DNA of 64,000 nucleotides. It comes from Actinomycetes bacterium (GTDB taxonomy: Bacteria > Actinomycetota > Acidimicrobiia > Acidimicrobiales > RAAP-2). Below the pieces are notes generated by a model. It saw only the letters and a list, made by a program, of their open reading frames with translations. It was not told the DNA's origin and did not search any database. A program made the position numbers and the translations under genes. The stretch spans positions 1,246 through 65,245 of the forward strand of contig JAJXXA010000036.1 in NCBI GenBank assembly GCA_021781335.1, written 5' to 3'. Positions 40,444-49,202 of the stretch are shown piece after piece (within the stretch, counting starts at the first letter, position 1; the number at the start of each line of letters is the position of its first letter).

Positions 40444-40481
40444 GCCAGGAATGGTGGACCCCCTTCAACTAACACGACGAC

Positions 40482-40880
40482 TTACTTTAGGTCGTCCACA
40501 CAGGCAGCCAACACGCCGTTCACGAAAGACGCCGAACCGTCGGTCGAATACACTTTCGCCAGCTCAACTGCCTCATCTAACACCACAGCAGTCGGTGGTG
40601 GGTCGTCGAGCAACAATTCGCCGATGGCCATGGTGAGGATCAAGCGGTCAATGAGCGCAAGCCGTTCGAGGGTCCAGTCCTCCAAGTGCCGCACGATCAC
40701 CTCTTCGGCATGGGGTCGGTGCTTTTCGCATGCAAGCACTATCGCCACCGTATACGGGTCGGGTGCGAGCGCCAGATTCTGAATGATCTGGGCCACCGGG
40801 CGTTCCTTGATCGTTGCTTCGTACAGGATCTCGAGCGCTCGCTCGCGAGCCTGGTGACGCTGAGTGCCTAGCTCGCCCAC
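40482..40880 (-). CDS. nusB: Transcription antitermination factor NusB
   Basis: RHQARERALEILYE, WTLERLALIDR, DEAVELAKVYS..FVNGVL. Confidence 0.96.
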   Translation of the reverse strand: MGELGTQRHQARERALEILYEATIKERPVAQIIQNLALAPDPYTVAIVLACEKHRPHAEEVIVRHLEDWTLERLALIDRLILTMAIGELLLDDPPPTAVVLDEAVELAKVYSTDGSASFVNGVLAACVDDLK

Positions 40881-40881
40881 C

Positions 40882-41445
40882 CTAGGCTCGGGTCATATAT
40901 TCACCGGTGCGCGTGTCGACTTTGATTGTCTCACCCGGTCCGACGAATAACGGTACCTGCACGACAAAGCCGGTCTCCAGCGTGGCCGGCTTGCGGGCAC
41001 CTGACACACGGTCACCTTGAATGCCGGGCTCGGTTTCAGTGATGGTCAGCTCGACCGATGCGGGGAGTTCGATGCCGATGATTTCGTCATTGTGTGTGAT
41101 GAGCATGGCCTTACCGGTCTCTTTGAGGAAGTTCGCCGCTTCACCCAAGTTCTTCGATGAAACGGGCACCTGATCGTACGTGGTCTGGTCCATGAAGATG
41201 TAGTCATCGCCGTCGCGGTACAGGTACTGGGTGTCGCGCTTGTCAATGATGGCCTGCTCGAGGCGCTCATCGGAACGATACGTCCGCTCGATCACAGCGC
41301 CTGAACGAGCATTGCGCAGCTTGGTGCGCACGAATGCCCCTCCTTTTCCTGGCTTCACGTGCTGGAACTCGATCACAGTGAACAGTCCCTCATCAATCTT
41401 GAGAGTGATGCCGTTCTTGATGTCGGATGTTGAGATGGCGGCCAT
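40882..41445 (-). CDS. efp: Elongation factor P
   Basis: FQHVKPGKGGAFVRTKL, KPATLETG, VDTRTGEY. Confidence 0.99.
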   Translation of the reverse strand: MAAISTSDIKNGITLKIDEGLFTVIEFQHVKPGKGGAFVRTKLRNARSGAVIERTYRSDERLEQAIIDKRDTQYLYRDGDDYIFMDQTTYDQVPVSSKNLGEAANFLKETGKAMLITHNDEIIGIELPASVELTITETEPGIQGDRVSGARKPATLETGFVVQVPLFVGPGETIKVDTRTGEYMTRA

Positions 41446-41502
41446 GAGCCTAGGAACCTTTCGCGAAAGTAGCGTTGCCCATTCTAGGCAACATCCGAAG
41501 AA

Positions 41503-41952
41503 TCACTTCTCCCTGGGGTCAAGCAGGTGTCGAATCGCGTCCAGGGCTAGTGAGTAGCTCGTCGCACCGAATCCAGCGATTGACCCGTTTACGACGCCCG
41601 CCAGCGTGCTGACGTGTCGAAATGGCTCGCGCGCAGCTGGATTGGAGAGGTGGACTTCGATCTTGACGCCTTCGAACATCGCCAACGCGTCGGCGATACC
41701 CCACGATGTGTGCGTGAGGGCTCCGGCGTTGATGACAATGGCCGCAGATCGCCCTCGCGCGTCGTGGACCGCTTCAATGAGGTCACCTTCGAAGTTCGAC
41801 TGAAGGTGGCGCACGTCAAACCCCAGATCACTGGCGGCACGCGTAAAACGTTCGACGTGCTCGGCCAAGGTCAATGTGCCGTAGATTTGTGGGCTTCGCG
41901 TGCCGAGTTGATCGAGGTTTGGTCCCGACAGCAACAAGATTTCCTTCGTCAC
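41503..41952 (-). CDS. aroQ: Type II 3-dehydroquinate dehydratase
   Basis: GPNLDQLGTR..IYG, QSNFEG, INAGALTH, EVHLSN..REPFRH. Confidence 0.96.
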   Translation of the reverse strand: MTKEILLLSGPNLDQLGTRSPQIYGTLTLAEHVERFTRAASDLGFDVRHLQSNFEGDLIEAVHDARGRSAAIVINAGALTHTSWGIADALAMFEGVKIEVHLSNPAAREPFRHVSTLAGVVNGSIAGFGATSYSLALDAIRHLLDPREK

Positions 41953-42998
41953 GCTTCACCTCGAAAACTCTCTAGGACCCTCGCGACCGTCTCGGGGTCG
42001 ACGCCCGCTACCACTTCAAAACCATGCGCACCCGCCAGCACGAACGTGAGGTCATGATGAGCCTTCTTATCATGACCCATTGCCCGCACTATGTCCATGG
42101 TGTCAAGGTCTCTCGGCACATTACGGTGAAGACCGAGCATGTCGAGGACTTCGTCGTGACCCACCACGACCCCGGCGTCGACCCGGCCGAGCGCGTGCGC
42201 GAGACGCGCGGCGTACCCGAGGCCGATCGCCACGGCTTCCCCGTGACGAAGTTCATCGGCATCTCGGGCCAGGGCGAGCGCCTCAATGGCGTGAGCCAAG
42301 GTATGGCCGTAGTTCAACAACGCTCGACGACCACTTTCAAACTCGTCCTCGCCCACAATGGTCGCCTTTAACGCCACGCTCATTTCAATGAGTTGAGCGA
42401 GTGACGTCGCCTTAAGGCTGCGTACGTCGCGCCCTTCGAGCAACCAGCATTTGGCGATCTCTCCCATGCCACTCAGCCGCTCACGTTCTGGCAGGCTCGC
42501 CAGGGTTTCGAAATCACAGAACACGCGCAACGGCTGGTGGAATGCGCCGACCAGATTCTTTCCAGCCGCCAGGTCTATGGCAGTCTTGCCCCCGATGGCT
42601 GCGTCGACCTGGCCAACGAGTGAGGTCGCCACGTGCACGACTTCAATACCTCGCAAGTACACCGCAGCGGCGAAACCCACCATGTCGGTGATCGCGCCTC
42701 CACCCACGCTGACCACAACGTCGTCGCGCGAGAGCGTGTGCTGCGCCAATTCTTCGCAGAGTGCCTCGAGCGCGGAGAAATTCTTTGCCGACTCCCCCTC
42801 TGGCACCTCGATGACAGGCACTCGCGCCTCGTGAACGAAGTCAAACCATGGTTGGGCGCGCAACGACGCCGACGTGACGACGACCACAGCTTTGGCGCGG
42901 GGGCACGACTCGCGAATGAAGTCGAACACCTCGTGACGTACGCCCTCACCGAGTGCAACTTCATACGTGCGGTCCCTCAGAGCGATCTCTACGTTCAC
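41949..42998 (-). CDS. aroB: 3-dehydroquinate synthase
   Basis: GGGAITDMVGF, VDAAIGGKT, KNLVGAFHQP, LNYGHTLAH. Confidence 0.97.
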   Translation of the reverse strand: MNVEIALRDRTYEVALGEGVRHEVFDFIRESCPRAKAVVVVTSASLRAQPWFDFVHEARVPVIEVPEGESAKNFSALEALCEELAQHTLSRDDVVVSVGGGAITDMVGFAAAVYLRGIEVVHVATSLVGQVDAAIGGKTAIDLAAGKNLVGAFHQPLRVFCDFETLASLPERERLSGMGEIAKCWLLEGRDVRSLKATSLAQLIEMSVALKATIVGEDEFESGRRALLNYGHTLAHAIEALALARDADELRHGEAVAIGLGYAARLAHALGRVDAGVVVGHDEVLDMLGLHRNVPRDLDTMDIVRAMGHDKKAHHDLTFVLAGAHGFEVVAGVDPETVARVLESFRGEA

Positions 42999-43495
42999 GT
43001 CACATCCTCCTCGGCCGCGTCAAGAACGCGCTGGGTCACCTGATCGAGCGTGCCCGATGCGTCGATGCGCGCGCGTGAGACTTCGCCGTACCATGCGCTT
43101 CGCTGCTCGCGAAGCCGTTCGAGTGCTTCACGAGGATTCTCAGCCAATAAGGGTCGGTCGTCGTCCCCCAGGCGTTCCATGAGCACGTCCAACTCACAAT
43201 CGAGCCAATACGTTCGTTCACCCGCCAACAGCGTGCGCGCTCGTGGCGTGGTGACGATGCCACCCCCGGTCGAGACAACGGCGTCCTGGCCGAGTGCCTC
43301 GCGAAGTGCTTCGAGTTCCTGATCGCGAAACGCTACCTCACCATGGTGGCGCAAATACTGCGCTGCGGATGATCCCACGCGCTCCTCGAGAAGCGCATCG
43401 GTATCAACGTAGTCGCAGTGCCACGCTTGGGCGAGCGCCCTCGCGACCGCCGTCTTTCCAGTGGCGGGCAATCCCACGAGAACGAGCCGTGCCAC
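42995..43495 (-). CDS. aroK: Shikimate kinase
   Basis: LVGLPATGKT, DTD, GEVAFR, STGGGIV, RPLL. Confidence 0.95.
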   Translation of the reverse strand: MARLVLVGLPATGKTAVARALAQAWHCDYVDTDALLEERVGSSAAQYLRHHGEVAFRDQELEALREALGQDAVVSTGGGIVTTPRARTLLAGERTYWLDCELDVLMERLGDDDRPLLAENPREALERLREQRSAWYGEVSRARIDASGTLDQVTQRVLDAAEEDVT

Positions 43496-43497
43496 GT

Positions 43498-44688
43498 CTA
43501 ATCGGGACGAGCCGACGACGACGTAGAGCCAAGATGCTCCAGGTAACTCGAATGATTACGCGTGAACTCTTCGAGCGAATCACCACCGAATTTTCGAAGA
43601 GCCTCATTGGCGAGCACGAGTGACATCATGGCTTCAGCGACGACGCCAAGGGCCGGCACCGCGGTCACATCAGTTCGCTCCTTGAACGAGACGGTCGATT
43701 CTCCTGTCGCGACGTCCACGGTCTCAAGAACTGGCCGGTTAAGCGTGGCGAGTGGCTTCATCGCGACGCGCGCGATGACCGGTGATCCAGAGGTCATGCC
43801 GCCCTCGAGTCCTCCCGCGTGATCGGTGCGGCGGATGTAGCCGCCCCCGGTGACGAACGACTCATCAACAGCAATAGCGTCGTGAGCCACGCTTCCGCGC
43901 TGTGACGCCTGCACCATGCCGTCGCCGATCTCGACGCCCTTGACCGCTTGAATGCTCATCAGCGCCCCCGCGAGCAGACCGTCGAGCTTGCGATCCCAGT
44001 GCACGTAGCTACCAAGACCCACTGGTACGCCATACGCAATCACCTCGATGACGCCCCCGAGCGAATCGCCCTCTTTGGCGCAGGCCTTGATCTCGGCGAT
44101 CATTGCCTGGGTCGCTGCTTGATCGAAGCATCGCACTTCACTCTCGTCGACGCTCGCGAGGTCCTCGGGCAAGGGCCGACGATCACGCGGGGACGTCACG
44201 GGCCCGATCTGCACGACGTGACTGACAACGTGGACGCCAATGGCGCTCAGCAGCGCTTTGGCGAGCGCCCCGGCGGCGACGCGCGCCGCCGTCTCCCTGG
44301 CGCTCGCACGTTCGAGGACGTCACGAGCGTCGTCGAATGCGTACTTCTGCATGCCCGCGAGGTCCGCGTGTCCCGGTCGGGGCTTGGTCAACTTCGTCGT
44401 CGGCGTTCCCGGTGCCGGCGACATCTCCTGTTCCCATTTGGCCCACTCGGAGTTCAAGATCTCGATGGCCACCGGTGAGCCCAGGGTACGACCGTGGCGT
44501 ATGCCACCAGTGAGCCTCAGAACATCACGCTCGAAGCGCATCCGCGGACCTCGGCCATAACCCAGTCGCCGACGCGCAAGCTCATCGACGATCTGGTCTT
44601 CGGAAACCGCCAGGCCCGCGGGGAGCCCTTCGACGATGACGGTAAGTGATGGTCCGTGGCTCTCACCAGCGGTCAAGAAACGCAGCAT
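43498..44688 (-). CDS. aroC: Chorismate synthase
   Basis: TAGESHG, PRPGHAD, ERASARET, GGLEGGM. Confidence 0.98.
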   Translation of the reverse strand: MLRFLTAGESHGPSLTVIVEGLPAGLAVSEDQIVDELARRRLGYGRGPRMRFERDVLRLTGGIRHGRTLGSPVAIEILNSEWAKWEQEMSPAPGTPTTKLTKPRPGHADLAGMQKYAFDDARDVLERASARETAARVAAGALAKALLSAIGVHVVSHVVQIGPVTSPRDRRPLPEDLASVDESEVRCFDQAATQAMIAEIKACAKEGDSLGGVIEVIAYGVPVGLGSYVHWDRKLDGLLAGALMSIQAVKGVEIGDGMVQASQRGSVAHDAIAVDESFVTGGGYIRRTDHAGGLEGGMTSGSPVIARVAMKPLATLNRPVLETVDVATGESTVSFKERTDVTAVPALGVVAEAMMSLVLANEALRKFGGDSLEEFTRNHSSYLEHLGSTSSSARPD

Positions 44689-44716
44689 CCAGTGATTCTA
44701 GATGCGCGCGACCCCG

Positions 44717-45367
44717 CTATTCGTTTGCGTAAAAAGGATTAACGCCCGATGCGTGGTCGGTCACATCGATAACGCCCGACAGTTCGGGGATCTCGTCACG
44801 CAACGTGGCCTCGATGCCCTGCGAGAGGGTCATTCGACTCATCGCGCACCCCTGACAGCCGCCCGACATCTTCACGTACGCAACCTTGTTCGATTCATCC
44901 AGCGCCACCAGGTCCGCTCGACCTCCGTGAGACGCGATCGATGGATTGATCTTCTCGTCGAGCACGCTCACCGCGCGAGTGGCGAGTGCCCCTTCGATCC
45001 CCAGGGCCAAGATGTCGGCCGGCACGCCGGGATTGAGTTCTTCGGGACTCGGAGCGTTCGGGTTCACGAGCACCAGCCCACCTCCGCCGTCTGAAGCGAA
45101 CTCGAGTCGACTTCCCTTCAATCGGCTCACGCTTCGCGCGGGGATGACAATGGTCACCTCACCGTCCTTGCCGATCGCCGCATCACTCGGTGCATCGGAG
45201 AGATCCGAAAAATACAGGTCGTAGGTGTAGCCCGCACCTTGGGTGCCGGTCACTTCAACCCACAGACCCAAACCCGCAGCGTTCTCTTCGTTGGCGAGGG
45301 CGTCAATGACGACATTGCGCGCTTCATCGGTGAGCGAGATGATGTCAAATGTCTCGACGGTTGTCAT
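44717..45367 (-). CDS. nfuA: Fe-S biogenesis protein, NfuA-like (degenerate A-type carrier plus NifU domain)
   Basis: INPSIASHGG, MSGGCQGC, DVTDHASG.NPF. Confidence 0.88.
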   Translation of the reverse strand: MTTVETFDIISLTDEARNVVIDALANEENAAGLGLWVEVTGTQGAGYTYDLYFSDLSDAPSDAAIGKDGEVTIVIPARSVSRLKGSRLEFASDGGGGLVLVNPNAPSPEELNPGVPADILALGIEGALATRAVSVLDEKINPSIASHGGRADLVALDESNKVAYVKMSGGCQGCAMSRMTLSQGIEATLRDEIPELSGVIDVTDHASGVNPFYANE

Positions 45368-45421
45368 GACCCAAGTCTAGAGGTGACACCACGGTTGTCT
45401 GACGCGAACTAAGTTTTGCCT

Positions 45422-46162
45422 GTGACTCGAATACCTGATGATGCCCATGAGTGGGTGAGCTTTGATGACTCTGAGGTGCAACGAACGTGGATGTTCGACG
45501 TGACGTTCCTCGAAAGTAACTGGACCTGCATCTTTGGCAATGGCTGCCAAGGCGTGCTCACCGAAGCGACCCCCGAGCTCGTCCAGGGCTGCTGCAGTTA
45601 CGGTGCGCACTTCACCGACGAGAAGGATCGTCGCCGCGTCGAGAAGGCCGCCAAGCGCCTCACCGACGACCAGTGGCAGTTCAAACAAAAGGGCAAGGCG
45701 GGCACCACCAGGGTGAAGAAGAACGGCGATATCGTCACCAAATTGGTGCAAGATGCGTGCATCTTCCTCAATCGACCGGACTTTCACCGGGGACCGGGGT
45801 GCGCGCTGCACGTCTTGGCTATGGACAATGACGAGAGCTACATACCCCTGAAACCAGAAGTGTGCTGGCAGCTCCCCCTGCGCCGTGAAGACGAGGTCCA
45901 AGACAGTGGCCGCGTCATCACGAGGATTGCGCAATGGAACAGAGATGACTGGGGCGCTGGCGGCGAAGAGTTCCACTGGTGGTGCACCGAGGATGCCGCG
46001 GCGTTCGTGGGCGCGACACGCGTCGTCGACTCAATGGGCGATGAACTCACCGCAATGGTCGGCGAACAGGTCTATGGACAACTGCTCGCGTACATGAACG
46101 CCCGGGCGTCACAGCCCAAAGCGACACTGCTCCCGCATCCGGTACTGCGCAGAAGGTCCTAG
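45422..46162 (+). CDS. Cys-rich conserved actinobacterial protein (DUF3109/YkgJ-like)
   Basis: WTCIFGNGC, GCC, ACIFL, GCALH, KPEVCWQLP, WWC. Confidence 0.75.
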   Translation: MTRIPDDAHEWVSFDDSEVQRTWMFDVTFLESNWTCIFGNGCQGVLTEATPELVQGCCSYGAHFTDEKDRRRVEKAAKRLTDDQWQFKQKGKAGTTRVKKNGDIVTKLVQDACIFLNRPDFHRGPGCALHVLAMDNDESYIPLKPEVCWQLPLRREDEVQDSGRVITRIAQWNRDDWGAGGEEFHWWCTEDAAAFVGATRVVDSMGDELTAMVGEQVYGQLLAYMNARASQPKATLLPHPVLRRRS

Positions 46163-46371
46163 CCCTCTGCGGCGAGAGGATCCTCTTCGTTGAAGGTGCT
46201 TCGAGGCAGTGAGCCCAGAATTTCTTCGTAGCGGTCCTCTTCAGCGAGGCACCACTCCGCGTGCACGTCCTCGGGCGCAGCACCGCACTCGTCGCACGTT
46301 GTCGCACGAGGTCCGGTATTGCGCTTGAGTTCGCGGGCTTCAACAAACCGACGATGGCGACCCTTTTTCAC
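46159..46371 (-). CDS. Small putative zinc-finger protein
   Basis: GAGGAG SD 5 nt before GTG; CDEC-x7-H-x3-C; basic N-terminus, acidic C-terminus. Confidence 0.6.
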   Translation of the reverse strand: MKKGRHRRFVEARELKRNTGPRATTCDECGAAPEDVHAEWCLAEEDRYEEILGSLPRSTFNEEDPLAAEG

Positions 46372-46487
46372 GTCAACTCCTCACTGGTCGCGGGCCATAA
46401 CTGGCGGCGACCGCGATTCAGTAGAACTGAACCGAGTAGCCATGATACCAACTTGAGCCTTGCCTCGGGCCCCTCTAACATTCAGCC

Positions 46488-46721
46488 GTGAACGAACCCT
46501 TTGATCCCAACGAGATGGTGCTGCGCTTTCGTGAGAGGGCCGAGGCGGTCAAGCGCCGTGGCGTGCCCCCCGTCGAGGGTCCAGAACGCCAACTGTTCCT
46601 TGAAGCGGCACGATTGGACTTCCAGGACTACGCCATGCTGGGCGACGCCGTCGCCACGCTCGAAGACGGCATCTTGCGCCTCGAAATCGATCTTCGCCCC
46701 CAGAGTGGCGGCGAAAACTAA
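46488..46721 (+). CDS. Small hypothetical protein
   Basis: TAACAT -10 lies 6 nt before GTG; protein-like composition (RFRERAEAVKRR..LEDGILRLEIDLRP). Confidence 0.7.
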   Translation: MNEPFDPNEMVLRFRERAEAVKRRGVPPVEGPERQLFLEAARLDFQDYAMLGDAVATLEDGILRLEIDLRPQSGGEN

Positions 46722-47155
46722 TGCGAGAGTGACACGACGTCCACTCGCACGGTCGCCTCGGCGAGCACGCTGAGACCCTTCGCGAGCGACGCAATCGCCG
46801 CGGCGCGCGCGAGCGGGTCCGCACCTGCCTTGTAACACTGGTTGGCTCCCGCACCGATGCTCGTATAGGCCCTCGACAGAAGAGCAGTCGACTGGTTGTC
46901 GGGCGTCGGAAGCGACGCGTTCGCCGATTCGGTGTCGACCAACAACACTGCGCACACAGTATGAAGTGAAGCGCTCGAGGTCGTGACATCGCGAAGGGCT
47001 GACGCCGAATGACGCACGTCGGTCGTGAGCGTCTTCATGGAGGAATGAAAATTGCTCTGATCGACCCACGTACGCATGGCTGATACCGCACTCACCGTCC
47101 CACACGCGCTCAGCAGAAGTCCGGCAACGACCACGAGACCGACTCGTCGAATCAC
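46718..47155 (-). CDS. Lipoprotein of unknown function
   Basis: MIRRVGLVVVAGLLLSAC lipobox, two further Cys. 4-nt overlap with tyrS. Confidence 0.75.
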   Translation of the reverse strand: MIRRVGLVVVAGLLLSACGTVSAVSAMRTWVDQSNFHSSMKTLTTDVRHSASALRDVTTSSASLHTVCAVLLVDTESANASLPTPDNQSTALLSRAYTSIGAGANQCYKAGADPLARAAAIASLAKGLSVLAEATVRVDVVSLSH

Positions 47156-48435
47156 GCCACCACCACGAGGTGCAATTCTCGTCGACCTCGCCGGACCACC
47201 AGATACCGGTCGTGCAGGGTCCGCGAGAGATCGATTAACTCGCCGGCTTCGAGGCGCACATTGTTCACGTAGACACCGCCCTGGTCGAGGAATCGTCGAC
47301 CTTCACCCTTCGACTTCGCAAGTCCACATCGCACCAAGAGATCAGCGGGGTCAACGCCGCTCGCCAGCTCTGCACGCGACCAGCTCGATGAGGGTGCGTC
47401 GGCAACGACCTGTAGGAGTGTTGCCTCGTCGAGCTCTGCAATCGATTCGTTGAACAGCGCCTCGCCAGCGCGCTGCGCGTGCTGGGCCGCCGACTCGCCG
47501 TGTACGAAGGCGACCACGGCGTTGGCGAGGGCGCGCTGTGCCCGTCGTTCTTGAGGTTTGGACAACGTTGCTTCATCGAGATCTCGAATGACGTCGTGAT
47601 CGAGGAAGGTGAAATAGCGAAGTGACGCCGAAACCGTGGCGTCTTCGGTGTTGAGCAGGAATTGATGAAGGGCGAACGGGGAGGTCAACGCGGGATCGAG
47701 CCACACGCGATCGTTGCCTCCTTCGGACTTGCCGAATTTCTGGCCATCCGCTCGCAATAACAAGGGAGACGTGACGCCGTGTACGACCCGTCCGGTCACC
47801 CGGCGCACCAACTCGGTACCCATGGTGATGTTCCCCCATTGGTCTGATCCGCCCAGTTGCAAAGAACAGTCGTAATCCTGGGCGAGGCGCAAGAAGTCAT
47901 AGGCCTGCATGAGCATGTAGGAGAACTCAGTGAACGAAAGGCCAACGTCTTCACGATCGAGGCGGCTCTTCACCGACTCCTTCGCGATCATCTGGTTCAC
48001 CGTGAAATGCTTTCCGACGTCGCGCAAGAAGTCCGTCAACGAGATGGTCGTCAACCAATCGGCGTTGTTCAACAACAAGGCTCGCGACGCCCCCGCGTCG
48101 GGGGTGAAATCGAGGTACTTCGACAGCTGCGCGCCGATACCCTCGATGTTCTCCGCCAGCTTCTCAGGCGTCAGCAGCGGTCGCTCCGCGGCCTTGAAAC
48201 TAGGGTCCCCCACGAGGCCAGTCCCGCCACCCGCCAGCGCGATGGGGCGATTTCCGGCGATCTGGAGCCTGCGCAGCATGCAGATCTGCATGAGACTCCC
48301 CAAATGCAGCGAGGGCGCTGTGGGATCGAAACCGATGTAGGCAGTGACCCCACCACCACTCAAACGGTCGAGAATGGCCTCGTCGGTGGTCTGGTGCACC
48401 AGACCACGAAACTGCCAATCGGCGCGAAGATTCAT
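47152..48435 (-). CDS. tyrS: Tyrosine--tRNA ligase
   Basis: YIGFDPTAPSLHLG, QLGGSDQWGNI, KFGKS, C-terminal S4 domain. Confidence 0.98.
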   Translation of the reverse strand: MNLRADWQFRGLVHQTTDEAILDRLSGGGVTAYIGFDPTAPSLHLGSLMQICMLRRLQIAGNRPIALAGGGTGLVGDPSFKAAERPLLTPEKLAENIEGIGAQLSKYLDFTPDAGASRALLLNNADWLTTISLTDFLRDVGKHFTVNQMIAKESVKSRLDREDVGLSFTEFSYMLMQAYDFLRLAQDYDCSLQLGGSDQWGNITMGTELVRRVTGRVVHGVTSPLLLRADGQKFGKSEGGNDRVWLDPALTSPFALHQFLLNTEDATVSASLRYFTFLDHDVIRDLDEATLSKPQERRAQRALANAVVAFVHGESAAQHAQRAGEALFNESIAELDEATLLQVVADAPSSSWSRAELASGVDPADLLVRCGLAKSKGEGRRFLDQGGVYVNNVRLEAGELIDLSRTLHDRYLVVRRGRRELHLVVVA

Positions 48436-48461
48436 GGCGTCAGTCTACGAGACGTGTCCAA

Positions 48462-49202
48462 CTACAACAGTGCGTACGAGGGCATGTGCACCTGCAGCCA
48501 GACAACGAATGAGTTCCACGCACCGGTGACCTCCGCAATCCCGATCAGGATGAGCAAGACACCCCCGACCAGACCGATGACCCGACTATGACGGCGAAGC
48601 CACGCCGAGACTCCCCCCATCCATTCGGTTGCGATGGCGGCGACGACGAACGGTACGCCCAGTCCCAGGCAGTACACGAAGGCGAGCATGGATCCGCGTG
48701 CGGCCGTCGCTCCCGACGACGACGCCGCGAGTCCAAGTATTGAACCAAGCGTGGGTCCAATGCATGGTGTCCACCCCAGTGCGAAGGTGAAGCCGAGAAT
48801 CGCCGCGCCCAACACGGTCACTCGCGGCAACCGGTGGATCCTTCTCTCGCGCGAGAGCCACGCGGAGGGGAAGAAACCTGCGAAGAACATTCCGAGCAAG
48901 ATGGTGAGTATCCCGAACACCACGTCGAGCATCCGCTCGTGAGTGCGTAGTGTGCTGCCGAGTCCACCGAAGAGTGCGCCGAAGCTCACAAAAACCAAGG
49001 CGAAGCCAAGGATGAAGGCCAACGAGCCCGCGACCGCTCTCCCTCTTCCCGTGCGCGCCTCGACCTGGCCCGACGCACCGCCGAGAAAGGCCAAATACCC
49101 CGGCAGCAATGGCAAGACACACGGCGAAACGAATGACACCAGCCCCGCCGCAAACGCGAGCGGAAATGCGGCGACGAGCGACACAGGTAGAGCGGCAATC
49201 AC
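48462..49202 (-). CDS. ccdA: CcdA/DsbD-beta disulfide transporter
   Basis: SFVSPCVLPLLPGY, GWTPCIGPTL, YCLGLGVPF. Confidence 0.93.
   Translation of the reverse strand: MIAALPVSLVAAFPLAFAAGLVSFVSPCVLPLLPGYLAFLGGASGQVEARTGRGRAVAGSLAFILGFALVFVSFGALFGGLGSTLRTHERMLDVVFGILTILLGMFFAGFFPSAWLSRERRIHRLPRVTVLGAAILGFTFALGWTPCIGPTLGSILGLAASSSGATAARGSMLAFVYCLGLGVPFVVAAIATEWMGGVSAWLRRHSRVIGLVGGVLLILIGIAEVTGAWNSFVVWLQVHMPSYALL

Noticed and set aside
29700-40480. Oxidase island as a mobile element
   Set aside because: No integrase, transposase, tRNA or flanking direct repeat was seen. It is treated as a synteny insertion only.
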